Source of the DNA: an uncultured Smithella sp.
GTDB lineage: Bacteria; Desulfobacterota; Syntrophia; Syntrophales; Smithellaceae
NCBI GenBank assembly: GCA_964394715.1
Contig: CAYMYR010000002.1
Coordinates: 21,867-85,866, forward strand
DNA: 64,000 nt
Direction of reading: 5' to 3'
Each line of letters starts with the position of its first letter. Position 1 is the first letter of the stretch. This document shows positions 38,886-48,223 of this stretch, in pieces. Both the position numbers and the translations under genes were made by a program. The notes under the pieces are model-generated. The model was not told the origin of the DNA. It was given only the letters and a program-made list of their open reading frames with translations, and did no database searches.

Positions 38886-39072
38886 TGCGGTTGTCATTCA
38901 TACCCGTTCTGATGACCATTTGCTTTCATCCGCTTAAGGGGCTTGTGATGCGGACGGCAAAGCATCGAAAGACAGTTGGAAGCGAATCAAGCGGACAGGT
39001 TTCATTGGAGTTGTGAAAAAAAAATGAGTATGATACATCATCGCTCCCTATGAGTCTTAAAAGGATTTTAAT

Positions 39073-39876
39073 ATGAACGATGTCGTTAAAAGAGTTCACG
39101 CTCACATGCCCTATCACCTGATGCCAGGGTATCTGCCGATGATTCTGGAAAAAAAGATCAATCTGGAAATCTATTTCAATCATATTGCCCTGCAGTCACT
39201 GGATAAGGATCAGTGCGCAAAGACTGCCCAGGCCATCATGGAAGCTGGATTAAAAGTGACTTTTCATGCCCCTTTTATGGATTTGCGTCCGGGGGCTCTT
39301 GATGATAGGATCCGAAAAGCAAGTCTGGACAGAATCAGGATGGTCTTTGACCTGATTCCTTATTTTCACCCGCTGAAAATTGTTTGTCATCCGTCTTTTG
39401 ATGAACGCTATTATGTGTCCTGTGACGATCTGTGGCTGGAAAACAGCGTTAATTTCTGGCGTCAGCTGATTCCCGTGGCCGGGGACGGAGGAACGGTCAT
39501 TGCCCTGGAAAATGTATACGAAAGAGAACCGCGCGTTTTACGGCGCCTGCTCGAAATGCTGACTTCAGAACAGGTTTGTTTTTGCTTTGACACGGGACAT
39601 TTCAATGTTTTCTCCCGTGCGCCTTTGAAAATCTGGATGGAAGAACTGGGTCGTTATATCGGCCACCTGCATCTACACGATAATTTCGGCAAATTCGATG
39701 AACATTTGCCGGTGGGTACTGCCACGTTTCCTTTCGATCAGCTTTTTGCCGCACTGGAAGCGCTCAAGGTGAAACCGACGATCACGATGGAAGCCCACTC
39801 GCAGGAGCATTTGTGGCAGGCTTTGACGAATCTGCAAAAGATGTCGCTTCTTGACCGGCTGGCTGCATCGGACTGA
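39073..39876 (+). CDS. Sugar phosphate isomerase/epimerase (xylose isomerase-like TIM barrel)
   Basis: FHAPFMDLRPG, ALENVYE, CFDTGHFNVF, and HLHLHDNFGKFDEHLPVG metal-ligand pattern. Confidence 0.75.
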   Translation: MNDVVKRVHAHMPYHLMPGYLPMILEKKINLEIYFNHIALQSLDKDQCAKTAQAIMEAGLKVTFHAPFMDLRPGALDDRIRKASLDRIRMVFDLIPYFHPLKIVCHPSFDERYYVSCDDLWLENSVNFWRQLIPVAGDGGTVIALENVYEREPRVLRRLLEMLTSEQVCFCFDTGHFNVFSRAPLKIWMEELGRYIGHLHLHDNFGKFDEHLPVGTATFPFDQLFAALEALKVKPTITMEAHSQEHLWQALTNLQKMSLLDRLAASD

Positions 39877-39897
39877 ATCTTCATTGTGGAGCAAGGG

Positions 39898-40872
39898 ATG
39901 TCCTCTTATCTGATCAAAAGGATCCTGTTTATGATTCCGCTTCTGCTCGGGATCACGATTATCTGTTTCTTTGTGATGCGTCTAGCGCCGGGCGAGCCCA
40001 CGGACCTGCAGATCCAGATGAATCCGAAAGCGTCCACAGAAATGAAAGAACGTCTCAGGAGCATGTATGAACTGGATAAGCCCATTCATGTTCAGTACTG
40101 GTCGTGGCTCAAAAAGATCGGACGTGGAGATCTGGGAACTTCTTTTTCATCTGATCATCGGCCGGTTTCTGACAAGATCTGGGAACGTCTACCGATCACG
40201 ATTCTGATCAATCTTTTATCGCTGGTTATCATTATTGCCGTAGCCGTGCCGATCGGGGTTCTGTCGGCTGTTCATCAGGATTCCCTTTTTGACAAAGTGA
40301 CCGCCGTCCTTGTTTTTATCGGTTTTGCCGTGCCAACTTTCTGGCTGGCGCTGCTTTTGATGATCTTTTTCGGCATTCATCTGGGATGGCTGCCGATTTC
40401 GGGATTACGGTCCCTTAATTATGAATATCTGAACACATGGGAACAGTTTCTGGATTTGGCAAAACACCTCATTCTGCCGGTCTTCATATCCGCGTTCGGA
40501 GGTTTGGCCGGCCTTTCCCGCTACATGAGAGCCAATATGCTGGAGGTCATCCGGCAGGACTACATCCTGACAGCGCGTGCCAAGGGATTGAGCGAGAGGC
40601 AGGTGATTTACAAACATGCCCTCAGAAACGCACTTTTGCCGGCAATCACCATCCTGGGGTTGTCCATTCCCGGACTGATTGGCGGCAGTGTTATATTTGA
40701 AACGATTTTTGCGATTCCCGGTATGGGGCAGCTGTTTTACATGTCGGTCATGGCCCGCGACTATCCGACGGTCATGGGGATATTGCTGATCGGTGCCATC
40801 CTGACGCTGGTGGGAAATCTGATTGCCGATGTATCGTACGCGGTGGCGGACCCGCGCATCCGCATTTCCTGA
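39898..40872 (+). CDS. ABC transporter permease, DppB/OppB type
   Basis: [34 protein letters not shown] and the EAA-like block [27 protein letters not shown]. Confidence 0.9.
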   Translation: MSSYLIKRILFMIPLLLGITIICFFVMRLAPGEPTDLQIQMNPKASTEMKERLRSMYELDKPIHVQYWSWLKKIGRGDLGTSFSSDHRPVSDKIWERLPITILINLLSLVIIIAVAVPIGVLSAVHQDSLFDKVTAVLVFIGFAVPTFWLALLLMIFFGIHLGWLPISGLRSLNYEYLNTWEQFLDLAKHLILPVFISAFGGLAGLSRYMRANMLEVIRQDYILTARAKGLSERQVIYKHALRNALLPAITILGLSIPGLIGGSVIFETIFAIPGMGQLFYMSVMARDYPTVMGILLIGAILTLVGNLIADVSYAVADPRIRIS

Positions 40873-40873
40873 C

Positions 40874-41015
40874 GGCTTTGTGAAAAGACCCCGTCTGCGG
40901 CGTTGCGTTTCGGCCCTTGTCGTTGCGGCGTATAACCTAAAGGTCACAGGTCAAACAATACGCCTCACTCCTCGTGGCCATGCGCGCCTTGCATCTGGAG
41001 TCTTTTGACAAAGCC
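40874..41015. repeat. 142-bp element bracketed by 16-bp inverted repeats, between the two permease genes
   Basis: GGCTTTGTGAAAAGAC (40874-40889) and GTCTTTTGACAAAGCC (41000-41015) are complementary at 15 of 16 positions. The element begins 1 nt after the upstream stop codon. Confidence 0.6.
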
Positions 41016-41057
41016 TTGTCGGTGTGGAAAGTTTTAAGAAAAATGACGGATTGACAT

Positions 41058-41885
41058 ATGAATTTCTGGGACATGTTTTACAAAAACAAACTGGCGTTGA
41101 CCGGCTGCGGAATTGTGATTTTGCTGTTTGCGGTTTCGCTTATGGCCCCCGTGATTGCTCCGTATGATCCCGGTGCGATTGATCTGAAAAATGTTCTGGC
41201 TCCGCCGTCGTCTGGCCACTGGTTTGGCACGGATCAACTGGGACGCGACGTGCTTTCCCGGATGATCTGGGGCGCCCGTATTTCTCTGAAAGTCGGTTTC
41301 GTTGCCACGGGACTTGCAATTTTGATCGGAATGATTCTGGGGGCTGTGGCCGGATATTACGGTGGCTGGATCGATGCAGTGATTATGCGTTTTGTCGATA
41401 TTATGCTCTGTTTCCCGACTTTTTTTCTGATCCTTGCGGTGATCGCTTTTTTGGAACCTTCTATCTGGAACATCATGATCGTCATCGGACTGACCAGCTG
41501 GATGGGAGTGACCCGTCTGGTTCGGGCCGATTTTATTTCGCTTCGGGAAAGGGATTTTGTGAGGGCCGCGCGCTCCATTGGGGCAAACGACGCGCGGATT
41601 ATTTTTATTCACATTCTTCCCAACGCGCTCGCATCCATCCTGGTGGCCGCCACTCTTGGAATTGCCGGCGCAATTCTGACGGAATCTGCTTTGAGTTTTC
41701 TGGGGATCGGAGTCCAGCCCCCGACACCCAGCTGGGGAAATATTCTGACGGCGGGCAAGGATAATATTGACATTGCCTGGTGGCTGTCGCTTTATCCGGG
41801 TTTGGCGATTCTTATTACGGTGGTCGGCTATAATTTACTGGGAGAGGGAATACGCGACGCATCTGATCCGCGCCTTAAAAGATAG
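41058..41885 (+). CDS. ABC transporter permease, DppC/OppC type
   Basis: HWFGTDQLGRDVLSRMIWGARISL and FVRAARSIGANDARIIFIHILPNAL. Confidence 0.9.
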   Translation: MNFWDMFYKNKLALTGCGIVILLFAVSLMAPVIAPYDPGAIDLKNVLAPPSSGHWFGTDQLGRDVLSRMIWGARISLKVGFVATGLAILIGMILGAVAGYYGGWIDAVIMRFVDIMLCFPTFFLILAVIAFLEPSIWNIMIVIGLTSWMGVTRLVRADFISLRERDFVRAARSIGANDARIIFIHILPNALASILVAATLGIAGAILTESALSFLGIGVQPPTPSWGNILTAGKDNIDIAWWLSLYPGLAILITVVGYNLLGEGIRDASDPRLKR

Positions 41886-41965
41886 TACCTGCCATTTACG
41901 GATAAATCCATGCCGTTTGAATCTTTCTTGAATATCCTGTTTTCTTTCCGGGTTTGTGTGTCCGC

Positions 41966-42619
41966 TCAACGCCGTCGCCTGTTCTTCCTGCTTGAACCGG
42001 TTTTCAACGGCCTGACATTCTGGTTACGGGCAAAAATATTCTTAATGAAATTGTTGACTTCGTTGGAGCCGATGAATTGCACGGCAAGATGATTTTTCCC
42101 TGTGGTGTCGATCCAGTGACGCGTTATTTCACAATCTGCAAAAGTTTCACCGCTTTCAAAAACAAACTTAATTTGAACAATAGTTCCAACCTTATAAGAC
42201 GGGCTATCCTCTTCTTCAGGCAGAGTAAAGTGAGCGCTGCTTCCGGAGATATCGACAATCTTAAATTCCTGATTTTCACAGTAAGCATAGATTACCGGCC
42301 GCAGGTCCATACGTATTCTGGGCCAGAGGCGAAGGTCGCAGGCGAAAGGTTCGGAGAGTCTGCGCAGGAAAATCCTTTTGTCCGGAGTGATGGTCTCTAT
42401 CCGGGCTTCAAAACCGAAACGGGGTTTCTTTTGACCGCCCGGGCAGTAGGTGAAGAAGAGAACGGCCATAAGATGCTGATTGTCGACCGGCGGAACGGTC
42501 TGTTCAATGGATATCAGGTTGTCGTGTAAAAACTCGATAAAATGGGAACGGCGAACGTCATTTGCCGCCAGTCGTAAAAAAATTTTTTCTTTCGGTTTAA
42601 TCTCCAGCGCCATGAGCAT
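41966..42619 (-). CDS. PilZ-like (YcgR-type) c-di-GMP receptor candidate
   Basis: RxxxR-like RIRMDLR followed about 20 aa later by DISGSSAHF, a degenerate D/NxSxxG motif. AGGAGAGG precedes the ATGs at 42619 and 42613. The ORF is open to 42748, but that extension is probably not translated. Confidence 0.5.
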   Translation of the reverse strand: MLMALEIKPKEKIFLRLAANDVRRSHFIEFLHDNLISIEQTVPPVDNQHLMAVLFFTYCPGGQKKPRFGFEARIETITPDKRIFLRRLSEPFACDLRLWPRIRMDLRPVIYAYCENQEFKIVDISGSSAHFTLPEEEDSPSYKVGTIVQIKFVFESGETFADCEITRHWIDTTGKNHLAVQFIGSNEVNNFIKNIFARNQNVRPLKTGSSRKNRRRR

Positions 42620-43034
42620 CCATCCTCTCCTAAGAAAGTTAAGTAGAATGTTGTTCAACAGGTTCCCGCAGCTGATGAAAGATAGTGTGTCTGAGTCGCT
42701 AAAGAATCGGGGAGCGATTATTTCGCTCTGCGATTTCCGCCGCCGCATTGCACTTCTATGCGGTGTTTTTTCAACTATGAATCACAAGCCACAAAACAAA
42801 CAAATTCAATAAATTCCAGCAGTCAAACAGAAAGCGGCCCGTGCCTCCGGGCAGTGATGTTATACCATACGACAAAAATCTGAAAAATACTTAAAGAAAA
42901 AGTTACTTTATGTCAAGATTTATAAAATAAAACTCTTGGGGCTTGATTATGTTCACAAAATATAATACGAATCCGCCACGGTGTAAAATATTATCAAAAA
43001 ATAATTATACGTTATATTTTTCAGGAGGATTGGA

Positions 43035-43202
43035 ATGTCCAGAAGAGTCAACTCAGAATTACTGAAAATCGATCGCCGCATCATTTCCAGAAAGTTGCTG
43101 GCCGGGGAATTGTCGGAAAAAGATTTAGCCGGGCTTTTGAAAAAGCTTCCGGACGTGTCGGAAAATGCCGAGGAGATTGTGGCTCCTTCCAATGAAAAAT
43201 AA
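43035..43202 (+). CDS. Small 55-aa hypothetical protein upstream of tatD
   Basis: AGGAGG lies 6 nt before the ATG. The translation is MSRRVNSELLKIDRRIISRKLLAGELSEKDLAGLLKKLPDVSENAEEIVAPSNEK. The stop lies 5 nt before the tatD ATG, which has no SD of its own. The ORF falls below the ORF-track size cutoff. Confidence 0.5.
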   Translation: MSRRVNSELLKIDRRIISRKLLAGELSEKDLAGLLKKLPDVSENAEEIVAPSNEK

Positions 43203-43207
43203 TTGAT

Positions 43208-43999
43208 ATGCTAATTGATTCCCATGCCCACCTGGAGATGAAAGAATTTGATTCCGACCGTTCTGACGTTATCGAACGGGCCGGGCAAGCGGGGGTTGAT
43301 GTCATTATTACCGTGGGGACCAATCTGCGTTTGAGCCGCAGGGCGCTCTCCATTGCCCGTCAATTCAAAAATATCTATGCGACGGTGGGAATTCATCCGC
43401 ATGATGTCGCGAAGGCAGATAAAAAAACTCTTGATGAACTGAAGCTTCTTGCGGAAGATTCCAGGGTTGTTGCCTACGGTGAAATCGGGTTGGATTATTA
43501 TCGCAATATCTCTCCCCGGGAAAAACAGAAAGAGATGTTTGGCCGCCAGCTTGCGCTGGCTTTGGAGCTCAAACTGCCCGTGGTCATACACGACCGCGAC
43601 GCCCATGAAGATACGCTGAACATGGTGAAAGATTCCGGTGTCCGGCGAGGTGTTTTTCATTGTTTTTCCGGAGACTATGTCATGGCCAGGCAGTGTATTG
43701 ACCTTGGATTTTATATTTCCGTTCCGGGGGTCGTTACTTTTGATAAGTCCACAGTGCTTCACGAGGTTGTCCGTCAGGTGCCGCTCGACTCTATCCTTCT
43801 GGAAACCGATTGTCCCTATCTTGCCCCTGTTCCTTTCCGCGGCAAAAGAAACGAACCGTCATTCATTGTTCACACGGCTAGGAAAGTTGCCGCAATCAAG
43901 GGGATGAAGTGGGAAGAAGTTGCGCAGACAGCAGCTCACAATACCCGGGAACTTTTTGGCATTATCAAATCCTCCGCCGATCGGGATGCGGCGTTTTGA
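43208..43999 (+). CDS. tatD: TatD family metal-dependent hydrolase
   Basis: MLIDSHAHLEMKEF, VGIHPHD, GEIGLDYY, VVIHDRDA, FHCFSG, and ETDCPYLAPVPFRGKRNEP. Confidence 0.92.
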   Translation: MLIDSHAHLEMKEFDSDRSDVIERAGQAGVDVIITVGTNLRLSRRALSIARQFKNIYATVGIHPHDVAKADKKTLDELKLLAEDSRVVAYGEIGLDYYRNISPREKQKEMFGRQLALALELKLPVVIHDRDAHEDTLNMVKDSGVRRGVFHCFSGDYVMARQCIDLGFYISVPGVVTFDKSTVLHEVVRQVPLDSILLETDCPYLAPVPFRGKRNEPSFIVHTARKVAAIKGMKWEEVAQTAAHNTRELFGIIKSSADRDAAF

Positions 44000-44020
44000 A
44001 AACACATAAAGATACAAACT

Positions 44021-44737
44021 ATGGCGCATAAAAACGATCAACCAGTAAAGAAAGCTGTCGTTCTGCTTTCCGGCGGTATTGATTCTACCACAACGCTGGC
44101 GATTGCCCGGTCTGCGGGATTTATCATTTATGCCCTGAGTTTCCGATACGGCCAGCGACACCTGATCGAGCTGGAAGCGGCGAAGCAGATTGCTCAAAGC
44201 AATACCGTTTGTCAACACCTGATTGTGGATATCGATCTTCGCCGCATTGGCGGGTCCGCTTTAACCGATGACCTTCCTGTTCCCAAAAACCGCAGTGTGG
44301 ATGATATGGGGAGGGATGTTCCAATTACCTACGTTCCCGCCCGCAACACGATTTTTCTTTCGTATGCTTTGGCATGGGCGGAGGTGATTGACTCCCGCGA
44401 TATTTTTATCGGTGTGAACGCGCTGGACTACAGCGGGTATCCGGATTGCCGCCAGGAATTTATTGAGTCTTACGAACACATGGCCAATTTGGCAATCAGG
44501 GCCTGTGTGGAGGGTAAACAAAAGTTGACCATTCATGCGCCGCTTATCCATTTGAGCAAAGCACAGATTATCCGTAAAGGAATGAAACTGGGAGTCGATT
44601 ATTCTTTGACGCACAGTTGCTATGACCCTGCCGCAGACGGCACAGCCTGTGGTCAATGCGATTCATGCCTGCTGCGTCTGAAGGGCTTCCGTGATGCTGG
44701 AATCATGGATCCGGTGAGATACAAAAAACAGGGATAA
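44021..44737 (+). CDS. queC: 7-cyano-7-deazaguanine synthase
   Basis: PP-loop [23 protein letters not shown], and the C-terminal Zn cluster CYDP..CGQCDSC. Confidence 0.93.
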   Translation: MAHKNDQPVKKAVVLLSGGIDSTTTLAIARSAGFIIYALSFRYGQRHLIELEAAKQIAQSNTVCQHLIVDIDLRRIGGSALTDDLPVPKNRSVDDMGRDVPITYVPARNTIFLSYALAWAEVIDSRDIFIGVNALDYSGYPDCRQEFIESYEHMANLAIRACVEGKQKLTIHAPLIHLSKAQIIRKGMKLGVDYSLTHSCYDPAADGTACGQCDSCLLRLKGFRDAGIMDPVRYKKQG

Positions 44738-44762
44738 AGGATCAAGGAGCAAGTTTTAAGGG

Positions 44763-45392
44763 ATGTATCGAGTTAAAGAGATTTTTTATTCTATTCAGGG
44801 GGAAGGTTACTACAGTGGGCGTCCCGCGGTATTTTGCCGTTTTTCCGGATGTAATTTGTGGTCGGGGAAAGAAGAAGATCGAAAAAAAGCAATCTGCTCT
44901 TTTTGTGACACGGATTTTCTGGGGACAGACGGTCCGGAAGGGGGCATATATGAAAATGCAGGACAGTTATTCCAAAGCATCGCAAAACTCTGGCCTCAAT
45001 CTGAAGATCATCGATTTGTAGTGTGCACGGGAGGAGAACCTCTTTTGCAGATGGATTCAGCGCTGGTTGATGCCCTGCATAAAGAGGGTTTTGAGATTGC
45101 TGTCGAGACCAACGGGACGATTAGCGCGCCTCCAGGGATTGACTGGATATGTGTCAGTCCCAAATCTCATGCGAAGGTGTTGCAGACTTCCGGCCATGAA
45201 TTGAAGCTGGTTTACCCTCAGGACGGGGTGGAGCCCCGCCAATACGAAAAGCTGGACTTCAGACATTTTTTTTTACAGCCCATGGATGGATCCGGTCGTG
45301 ATAGTGCCGTAAGGCAGACGCTGGCCTATGCACTGGCGCATCCCCGGTGGCGAATCAGTCTGCAATTGCATAAAATACTGGGAGTAAGGTAG
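44763..45392 (+). CDS. queE: 7-carboxy-7-deazaguanine synthase (radical SAM)
   Basis: EIFYSIQGEGYYSGRPAVFCRFSGCNLWSG is the QueE-type cluster motif. Confidence 0.9.
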   Translation: MYRVKEIFYSIQGEGYYSGRPAVFCRFSGCNLWSGKEEDRKKAICSFCDTDFLGTDGPEGGIYENAGQLFQSIAKLWPQSEDHRFVVCTGGEPLLQMDSALVDALHKEGFEIAVETNGTISAPPGIDWICVSPKSHAKVLQTSGHELKLVYPQDGVEPRQYEKLDFRHFFLQPMDGSGRDSAVRQTLAYALAHPRWRISLQLHKILGVR

Positions 45393-45401
45393 GGGCATAA
45401 A

Positions 45402-45761
45402 ATGGAGATTTATAAAGTTTTCAAATTTGACGCGGCGCATTATTTGCCCAATGTTCCCGCGGGGCATAAATGTGCCAGGTTACACGGCCATTCTTTCCGT
45501 GTTGAAATCCATATGAGGGGCTTTACCAGTCCACGCACAGGCTGGGTGATGGATTTTTCGGAGATCTCGGCCGCTTTTCAACCGATCCTGGAACAGCTCG
45601 ATCATAAAAATTTAAACAGTATCGAAGGCCTTGAAAATCCCACTTCAGAGAACCTCTGCCGCTGGATCTGGTGGAAGCTCCAGCCGGCATTGCCGCAATT
45701 ATGCAGGATTGTCGTCCAGGAAAGCCCGGAATCCGGCTGTATCTACGAAGGGAAGGAGTGA
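45402..45761 (+). CDS. queD: 6-carboxy-5,6,7,8-tetrahydropterin synthase
   Basis: FKFDAAHYLPNVPAGHKCARLHGHSFRVEI and VVQESPESGCIY. Confidence 0.93.
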   Translation: MEIYKVFKFDAAHYLPNVPAGHKCARLHGHSFRVEIHMRGFTSPRTGWVMDFSEISAAFQPILEQLDHKNLNSIEGLENPTSENLCRWIWWKLQPALPQLCRIVVQESPESGCIYEGKE

Positions 45762-45889
45762 AACATGATCTCCCCGGGGTTTCCTGAGTTCCATTTGCCA
45801 TGAGCGATATCAAGAAGGTGTGTTCTGTAAATCCCTGTGGATCGCGCATGACAACTCGATCATGACTTCGCTTCGTAGAAGAAAATAAT

Positions 45890-47179
45890 TCACCATTCGA
45901 CTTTTTCTTTTTTCAAGATTTCCTGTGCTTTTTTATGGCCGAGTTTGGCTGATGTTGTGACATCGTCAAACGCTTTCTCTTTTTCGCCAACATTGGCCAG
46001 GGAAATCCCCCGATTAAAATAGGCGTCTGCAAGCTCCGGATTAATTTTAATTGCCTCATTAAAATCCACGATCGCCTGATGATAGTTTTCGAGGCTGAGA
46101 TAAGAAAGCCCCCTATTGTAATGTGTTTCCGCATCCTGAGGGTTGATCTTGATGGCTTCATTGAAACTCACGATAGCCTGATTAAAATTGCCGAGTTTGT
46201 AATAAGCCACTCCGAGATTGTGGTAGGCATTGGCATGCTTCGGATTGATCTCGATAGACTTGTTGTAATTTTTGATCGCCTGATGATAGTTCCCCAGCTG
46301 TTCATAGGAGAGGCCCCTATTATAGTGAGCCTCTGCGTCCTGCGGAGATAACTGAATCGCCTTATTGAAGTCCGGAATGGCCTTGCTGTATTTGCCCAGA
46401 TTTCCGTAAGCGGTTCCCCGGTTGTTGTAAGCCACCGCCTGTTTGGGATTGATCTTGATGGCCTTGTTGAAATCCAGGATGGCCTCATTGTGCTTGCCGA
46501 GATTTGCATAGGCAATTCCCCTGTTGCGGTAGGCTGCGGCAAACTGGGGATTGTTCTCAACGGCTTTCGTGTAAGCGGTAACGGCATCGGAAAAATTGCC
46601 GGATGCTGCGGTTGCAAATCCTTTTTCAAACCATTCAACAGAATCCAGTTCCTTGATGTTTTTATGATAGTCCGCAAGTGTTTTCGGCTGCTTTTTGCCT
46701 TCCGCAGCAGCGAGTTCTTCCCGAAGTTTTTTGTTTTCTTTTAAAAGGTCATCGTTGAGTTTTTTAACTTCCTCCAGCTCCGTTGTTTTTTGAACGTCTT
46801 TGCCAAGCGCATCAATGAAACTGGTCAGGTGATCGGGATCAGCCGAAATTTTCGCCTGCAGCGAAAAGATCTTTTCATCCCATTTTTCTTCAACCAGTTG
46901 TGTCGGCACAACGCCTGCCGTGAGTGCTGCAATCCGTTCTTTGGGGATCTGTGCGTTTTTCACCGCTGTTTCGTTTAAGAGGTATTCCCCCAGTTCATCG
47001 AGTAGAAGCTGTTTGACTTCTCTTAGCGCTATGGTGCGGCTTGTGTTTTGGTCGTCCTGAGCCGCCGCCTGATAGTTATATTCTTTGGTGAAAGTTTTCA
47101 TTTCGGCAAGTGCCTCACCCGTAATCATGAAAACCATCACAATAAAGATTAAGGCCATTCGTTTCAGAATAGATTTCAT
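45890..47179 (-). CDS. Secreted TPR-repeat protein (about seven tandem TPR units)
   Basis: Signal peptide MALIFIVMVFMITGEALA and a coiled-coil linker. Repeated units follow of the form A.AY.NRG.AY..LG.Y..AI.DFN.AI.INP. Confidence 0.85.
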   Translation of the reverse strand: MKSILKRMALIFIVMVFMITGEALAEMKTFTKEYNYQAAAQDDQNTSRTIALREVKQLLLDELGEYLLNETAVKNAQIPKERIAALTAGVVPTQLVEEKWDEKIFSLQAKISADPDHLTSFIDALGKDVQKTTELEEVKKLNDDLLKENKKLREELAAAEGKKQPKTLADYHKNIKELDSVEWFEKGFATAASGNFSDAVTAYTKAVENNPQFAAAYRNRGIAYANLGKHNEAILDFNKAIKINPKQAVAYNNRGTAYGNLGKYSKAIPDFNKAIQLSPQDAEAHYNRGLSYEQLGNYHQAIKNYNKSIEINPKHANAYHNLGVAYYKLGNFNQAIVSFNEAIKINPQDAETHYNRGLSYLSLENYHQAIVDFNEAIKINPELADAYFNRGISLANVGEKEKAFDDVTTSAKLGHKKAQEILKKEKVEW

Positions 47180-47357
47180 GGATATTTTGCTCCTTTGGCA
47201 GTTGATGGCATTTTATAAATCAACACGCATCAAAAGACAAGAAACATTCTTAAGGATATACGCAGCTTGCTCTTTGCCGACAGGATATTTACGACGCGAG
47301 CCTTCCTTCCATTCGAAGCATAAAAAAATTGCTTTTTTGTCGTGATTATAATAAGTT

Positions 47358-47480
47358 GCCATATGGGGTGCCGGAATCTGTCTGTTTCTTTTCGGTGATG
47401 ATGTTTTGAAACGGGATGGAGATACGGCTGAGATTATACCCTTTGAACCTGACCCGGGTAATGCCGGCGTAGGGAGTGGC
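47358..47480 (+). promoter_or_regulatory. TPP (THI-box) riboswitch
   Basis: GGGGTGCC ... GGCTGAGATTATACCCTTTGAACCTGACCCGGGTAATGCCGGCGTAGGGAG matches the conserved THI-element core. P1 is GCCA / TGGC. It lies upstream of a thiamine operon. Confidence 0.88.
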
Positions 47481-47499
47481 GATTATCATAAAAAAGTTT

Positions 47500-47542
47500 A
47501 AGCCATATCCTTTTCAGGTGAAGGGAAGTGGCTTTTTTATTT
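47500..47542 (+). terminator. Riboswitch expression-platform intrinsic terminator
   Basis: AAGCCATATCC (47500-47510) pairs with GGAAGTGGCTT (47524-47534) with one mismatch and one G-U. It is followed by TTTTTTATTT. Confidence 0.7.
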
Positions 47543-47551
47543 GGAATTGCT

Positions 47552-48223
47552 ATGGATAAAAACATTGTCATTATAAGTGGCGGGCGTCTGGGGAATCCGG
47601 ACTTTTTCAGAAAAAGTCTGCAGGAGATCGACTGCCGCCTGCTGATCTGCTGTGACGGTGGTGCACGCCACCTGGCGGCGTCCGGTTTTTTACCGGATGT
47701 GCTGGTGGGAGACATGGATTCCATTGATCCGTTACAGCAGGCGCATTATGAACGCCAGGGCGTGGAGATGATCCGGCATCCGGCCAACAAAGATTTTACC
47801 GATACAGCCCTGGCGCTGGAATATGCTCTTTCCATGAAACCTCGTTCCATACAGATCTGGGGTGCCCTGGGTGGTAGAATGGATCATGCCATGGCAAATG
47901 TTTACCTGCTGATCAGAGGGAAGGGTGCGGGGGTGAAAACCTGTCTGCTGGACGAGTTTTGTGAAGTATTTGTTGCCCAGGCGGATGTTCGATTTGAAAA
48001 TGCAGTCGGGTGCGTTGTCTCGCTTCTCGCGCTGAGTCCTATGGTGGAGGGGATCACCCTGCGGGGATTTGCCTACCCGCTGACGGATGGTGTGCTGACT
48101 CTTTCCGAATCACGGGGAGTCAGCAATGTCATCCTGGAAGACCCGGCCGTTATGCACGTACGTTCCGGTGATCTGCTTGTGATCCGTTACCGGCAAAAAA
48201 ATGTCTTTCCGGAGGAATGTTAG
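47552..48223 (+). CDS. Thiamine pyrophosphokinase
   Basis: VGDMDSI, NKDFTDTALALEYA, and GALGGRMDH align with bacterial TPK (YloS type). The upstream GTG at 47528 lies inside the terminator stem, so the ATG at 47552 is preferred. Confidence 0.82.
   Translation: MDKNIVIISGGRLGNPDFFRKSLQEIDCRLLICCDGGARHLAASGFLPDVLVGDMDSIDPLQQAHYERQGVEMIRHPANKDFTDTALALEYALSMKPRSIQIWGALGGRMDHAMANVYLLIRGKGAGVKTCLLDEFCEVFVAQADVRFENAVGCVVSLLALSPMVEGITLRGFAYPLTDGVLTLSESRGVSNVILEDPAVMHVRSGDLLVIRYRQKNVFPEEC

Noticed and set aside
40405-41612. Two long minus-strand ORFs (180 and 192 aa), antisense to the Opp-type permease genes
   Set aside because: The translations are R-, H-, Q- and N-rich with no recognisable domains. 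The sense-strand genes carry clear ABC permease signatures.
43208-45761. TatD nuclease next to queC-queE-queD as a possible 7-deazaguanine DNA-modification (dpd-like) system
   Set aside because: There is no tgt/dpdA-like transglycosylase, helicase, or other dpd gene nearby. queH is present at 16951-17478, consistent with ordinary tRNA queuosine biosynthesis. No preQ1 riboswitch motif was seen either.
45890-47179. Periodic DNA repeats (about 102-bp period) that could suggest a repeat array or mobile element
   Set aside because: They are in frame and encode consecutive 34-aa TPR units of one intact secreted protein.
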